64,000 nt of DNA from contig NC_058368.1 in assembly GCF_018350175.1 (NCBI RefSeq), positions 10,292,001 to 10,356,000 of the forward strand, written 5' to 3'. Source of the stretch: Felis catus (Eukaryota). Of this stretch, positions 60,930 through 64,000 are shown piece by piece. How positions within the stretch are numbered: position 1 is the first letter of the stretch; every line of letters begins with the position of its first letter. Below the pieces are notes generated by a model that saw only the letters and a program-made list of their open reading frames with translations, had not been told where the DNA came from and searched no databases. The translations under genes and the position numbers were made by a program.

Positions 60930-62584
60930 TCCGGCCGCAGTGCGTGCCGGGACCCGGCTTTGTTTTAGGGAGTTCGCGGGAGAGGCCCGGTTCCCCGTAC
61001 TGTGTTTGCGCGCCTTGTCCAGCAGCGGCATCTTGTTTGCTGTTTGGTGTGTATTCGCTTCTATTGTTGTACAGATCACTCCACAGTGAATCATGAATTA
61101 GAAGAAGGAATTTCCGTTGATGCGGCTAATAATAGGCACAGGGTGTGTGTTAAAAGTTCTTGTATTCATCAGCCGGCAGGATATTCTTTTTGTGGAATAA
61201 ACTATAAGAGGTTGTTGTTGTTGTTACTGTTTTCTTTGTAAAGGAAGCCCTTTTAAATGTGGCGTAATTTGGAAGGCTGTCTGTAGTATCCCTTGCTGCT
61301 TATTTTTGAAGTCTGACTTGAGCAGACCTCGTTTTACCCTGCCACTCCTGGCCATAAATTATTAAGTTTTGCTTCTTGTTTGATCTTGTTTCTTTCCCTG
61401 AACAGTGGTGTTGCTGTCAGCTTGTTTTCGGTAAAGAGACAAGGACGAAAAGGAAAAAAAAAAAAAAAAAAAAAGGTGGAATTACGTCTTTTACACACTT
61501 CTGTGTCTTTCAAGTTGTCCTGATAACTCCTTGCTCACTCTCCCCCCGGGCACGTAGAAATATAAGCACAGTTCACATGTGTGTAAGTGGATAAGGTAGT
61601 AGTAGTGAGCTGGGGATACAAAAATATGTCTCCTGAAGAGTATGGCAATTCTTAGAAGGTTATAATAGAAGCCTGGGAGGCCGGCTTTTGTTACATACAA
61701 AGTAAATTGCATGTGCGTTTCTGTGGTTGGCCCCGCATTTAGACGAACTACTTAACTTTTTAATTGCTTCAGTAGCTATCTAAAGGTGATTGTATTCTTA
61801 CCTTTGAAAATTGTTTAGCTGTACTGATTTTTTGTTTTGCCTTCCAAAAACTTCTCTCACCCCCACTTTGTTTGCGTAACAAAACCTTGTATTAAAATCA
61901 CCGGAATGGTAGCACCTTTGAACAGAAAGAAGGGAACAGTTCTTGCCTTTGGAGCTAGACAGTTTCAAGTCAGATTCAAATCCTGGGCTATCCTAAGATA
62001 CTTTATAGCACAGCTTGTAAGAGTACCAGCCTTCCAGAGTTAGACTTTATGGGCTTTGATTCTGGCTCTAGATACTTATGAATTTGCCAGCTGTGAGGCC
62101 TTGAGATAATTACTAAACCTTCTTGAGTTCCACCTCGTAGGTTGTATGTAATAACTGAGGATGTATGTAAACCACCAAACTTTATGTCCTTATTATGTGA
62201 TATCTGGGTAATCTTCAAATTGTTATTGGGGCTTTGGTTTCATTTGTAAAAATGGAGATAACTATCTTTGTTGGGAGTTTGGAAGGATTACATATAAATA
62301 CAACACCTACATGGTAGTAGGCATTCAACAAATTATAGTGGTAGTAATATTATTCAAGAAAAGCCAGCACCACAACTGCTATCTCAGCTCACGCTTCCAT
62401 GAATGCTGAGTTGTACATGTTCATAGCCCCCTTTTATTTAATCAGTTCACCTTAACTAATTATTGGGACAGGTGAGTAGGGGCCGTATGAACTATCACAT
62501 TATTATCTAATTAGATAATACGCTTATTATTTAATTAGAATCCTTGTTTATATTTATCCTATTTTACTATTTTATTTTGATTTA

Positions 62585-62814
62585 TTACATTTTTATTTTT
62601 TTAATTTTTTTACATTTATTTATTTTTGAGAGACACAGAGAGACAGAGCATGAGCAGGGGAGGGGCAGAGAGAGAGGGAGACACAGAATCGAAGCAGGCT
62701 TCAGGCTCCGAGCTGTCAGCACAGAGCCTGACGCGGGGCTCGAACCCACAAACCGTGAGATCACGACCTGAGCCAAAGTCGGATGTTTAACCGACTGAGC
62801 CACCCAGGCGCCCC
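62585..62814 (-). mobile_element. Feline CanSINE upstream of HSPH1
   Basis: Reverse-complement SINE ending ...CACCCAGGCGCCCC. Confidence 0.93.
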
Positions 62815-64000
62815 GATATATTACATTTTTAATACACATAACTTCTCACACTATTTCTGTCATAGTGTCAGAAATTTTAGGCTCAAATAAAGAACAGACA
62901 AAAATTATCCCAACACATCATTGCTAATTATGGAGCCAAAGGGAAACAAGGAATTAAGGTGACTTTATCCTAAATCTGCTAGCAGGTATCCTTGCAGTTA
63001 CTAGGGTTTTTCCCCCCATATTTGATGAGCAAGAGAGTCATCAACATTGGAAACAGAAATAGCTTCCCAAGAATAATAAAACAAAAATGCAAAGACGAAA
63101 GAAAAGCCCAAACAAAAATGCCATTCCGAGAGATCATGTGCTGTAAATATAAACAAACGTTGTGATGGGCTTCCTTAAAAGGAAGGAAGAGATGGGCAAA
63201 ACAATGGTCATGTAGGTAGAATAATGGACACGAAAGTGCCCATGATCTTCAACTTTTGGTGTGAGTCACTATTGTGGCTGCCTCTGTGTTCAGCCTGTGC
63301 CAGGTGCGGGGGGTTACAGAAGCAAAGAAAATTTGTTCCAAATCAGGAGGAGTTTTGCATAGCTTCTCTGTAGTCCCTGTGTATCTGAATGCTTAAACAC
63401 CTCAAATCTTGTCCATTTGAGTCTTTTCCAATATTTGCTTTCTAAAAGATTTTTTCTTCTCATATATTAACTTGAAAATTGTTCTTTGACAATTAGTTCT
63501 GATAAAACCTATTCTGTCTTAATTTTAAGTGATACTAGAAAGAATGATTACCTAAAAGTAGGAATGCATGGAAAAATCCTGAAGGAAATAAAGACTGGTG
63601 GGTTTTTTTTTTCCCTCCCAACTTACAAAGAATCACCATATAACAAATGTGGTTAGCAAAAACTCAAATTATAGGATAAAGTTCATATCTGCCCCTCCAA
63701 GCTTAGTGTGAACCACTTTCTCCTTGGAGGGCCAATGACCTCCTTTCGCTACCTCAAAGCTTTTGTGCACCCCGCCACCCCCAAGCTCTTCCTTGGGCTC
63801 TTGGCTAGGCCAGCTCTTTGTCAGTCTCCAAAACTGTGTTTGAATCTCATGTACAGAGAAAGTTTCTGAGTGCCCCCCAGTTAGGACATCACTCTTCCCC
63901 AAGAAACACCCAAGTGATTGTTTAGTTATTAAGGAGAAGCTGATGGCAGACCTTGCAGCCAAGGGTAGTCACTGTTTGGTTTAAGCCAATCAGCACATTC

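Overview
Mammalian genomic DNA, almost certainly felid: it carries many young SINEC_Fc-type CanSINEs with intact target-site duplications (TSDs). Two genes converge tail-to-tail. (1) A complete, intact HSPH1 (HSP105/HSP110) on the minus strand: 18 coding exons from ATG 60096 to TAG 37107, 2580 nt or 859 aa, all introns GT-AG and phase-consistent, with a CpG-island promoter holding two heat-shock elements. (2) The 3' part of a WDR49-like WD40 gene on the plus strand, with 8 reconstructed exons at 852-16524; by synteny this is most likely WDR95. It appears to be a unitary pseudogene: a probable +1 frameshift, an in-frame TGA, a 7-bp tandem duplication and a GT>AT donor loss. Between the genes lie a 1.7-kb, 21-bp-unit minisatellite with a 315-bp higher-order duplication (source of the long spurious ORFs), an adjacent orphan CpG-rich segment, and L1, MLT1, MIR and SINE repeats. 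No prokaryote-type or wholly new system is evident. The most interesting signals are the WDR95 gene loss, a CpG/GC-shifted patch at the HSPH1 C-terminus, and the minisatellite. Comparisons with human sequences are from memory and need checking. Boundaries of old repeats are approximate.
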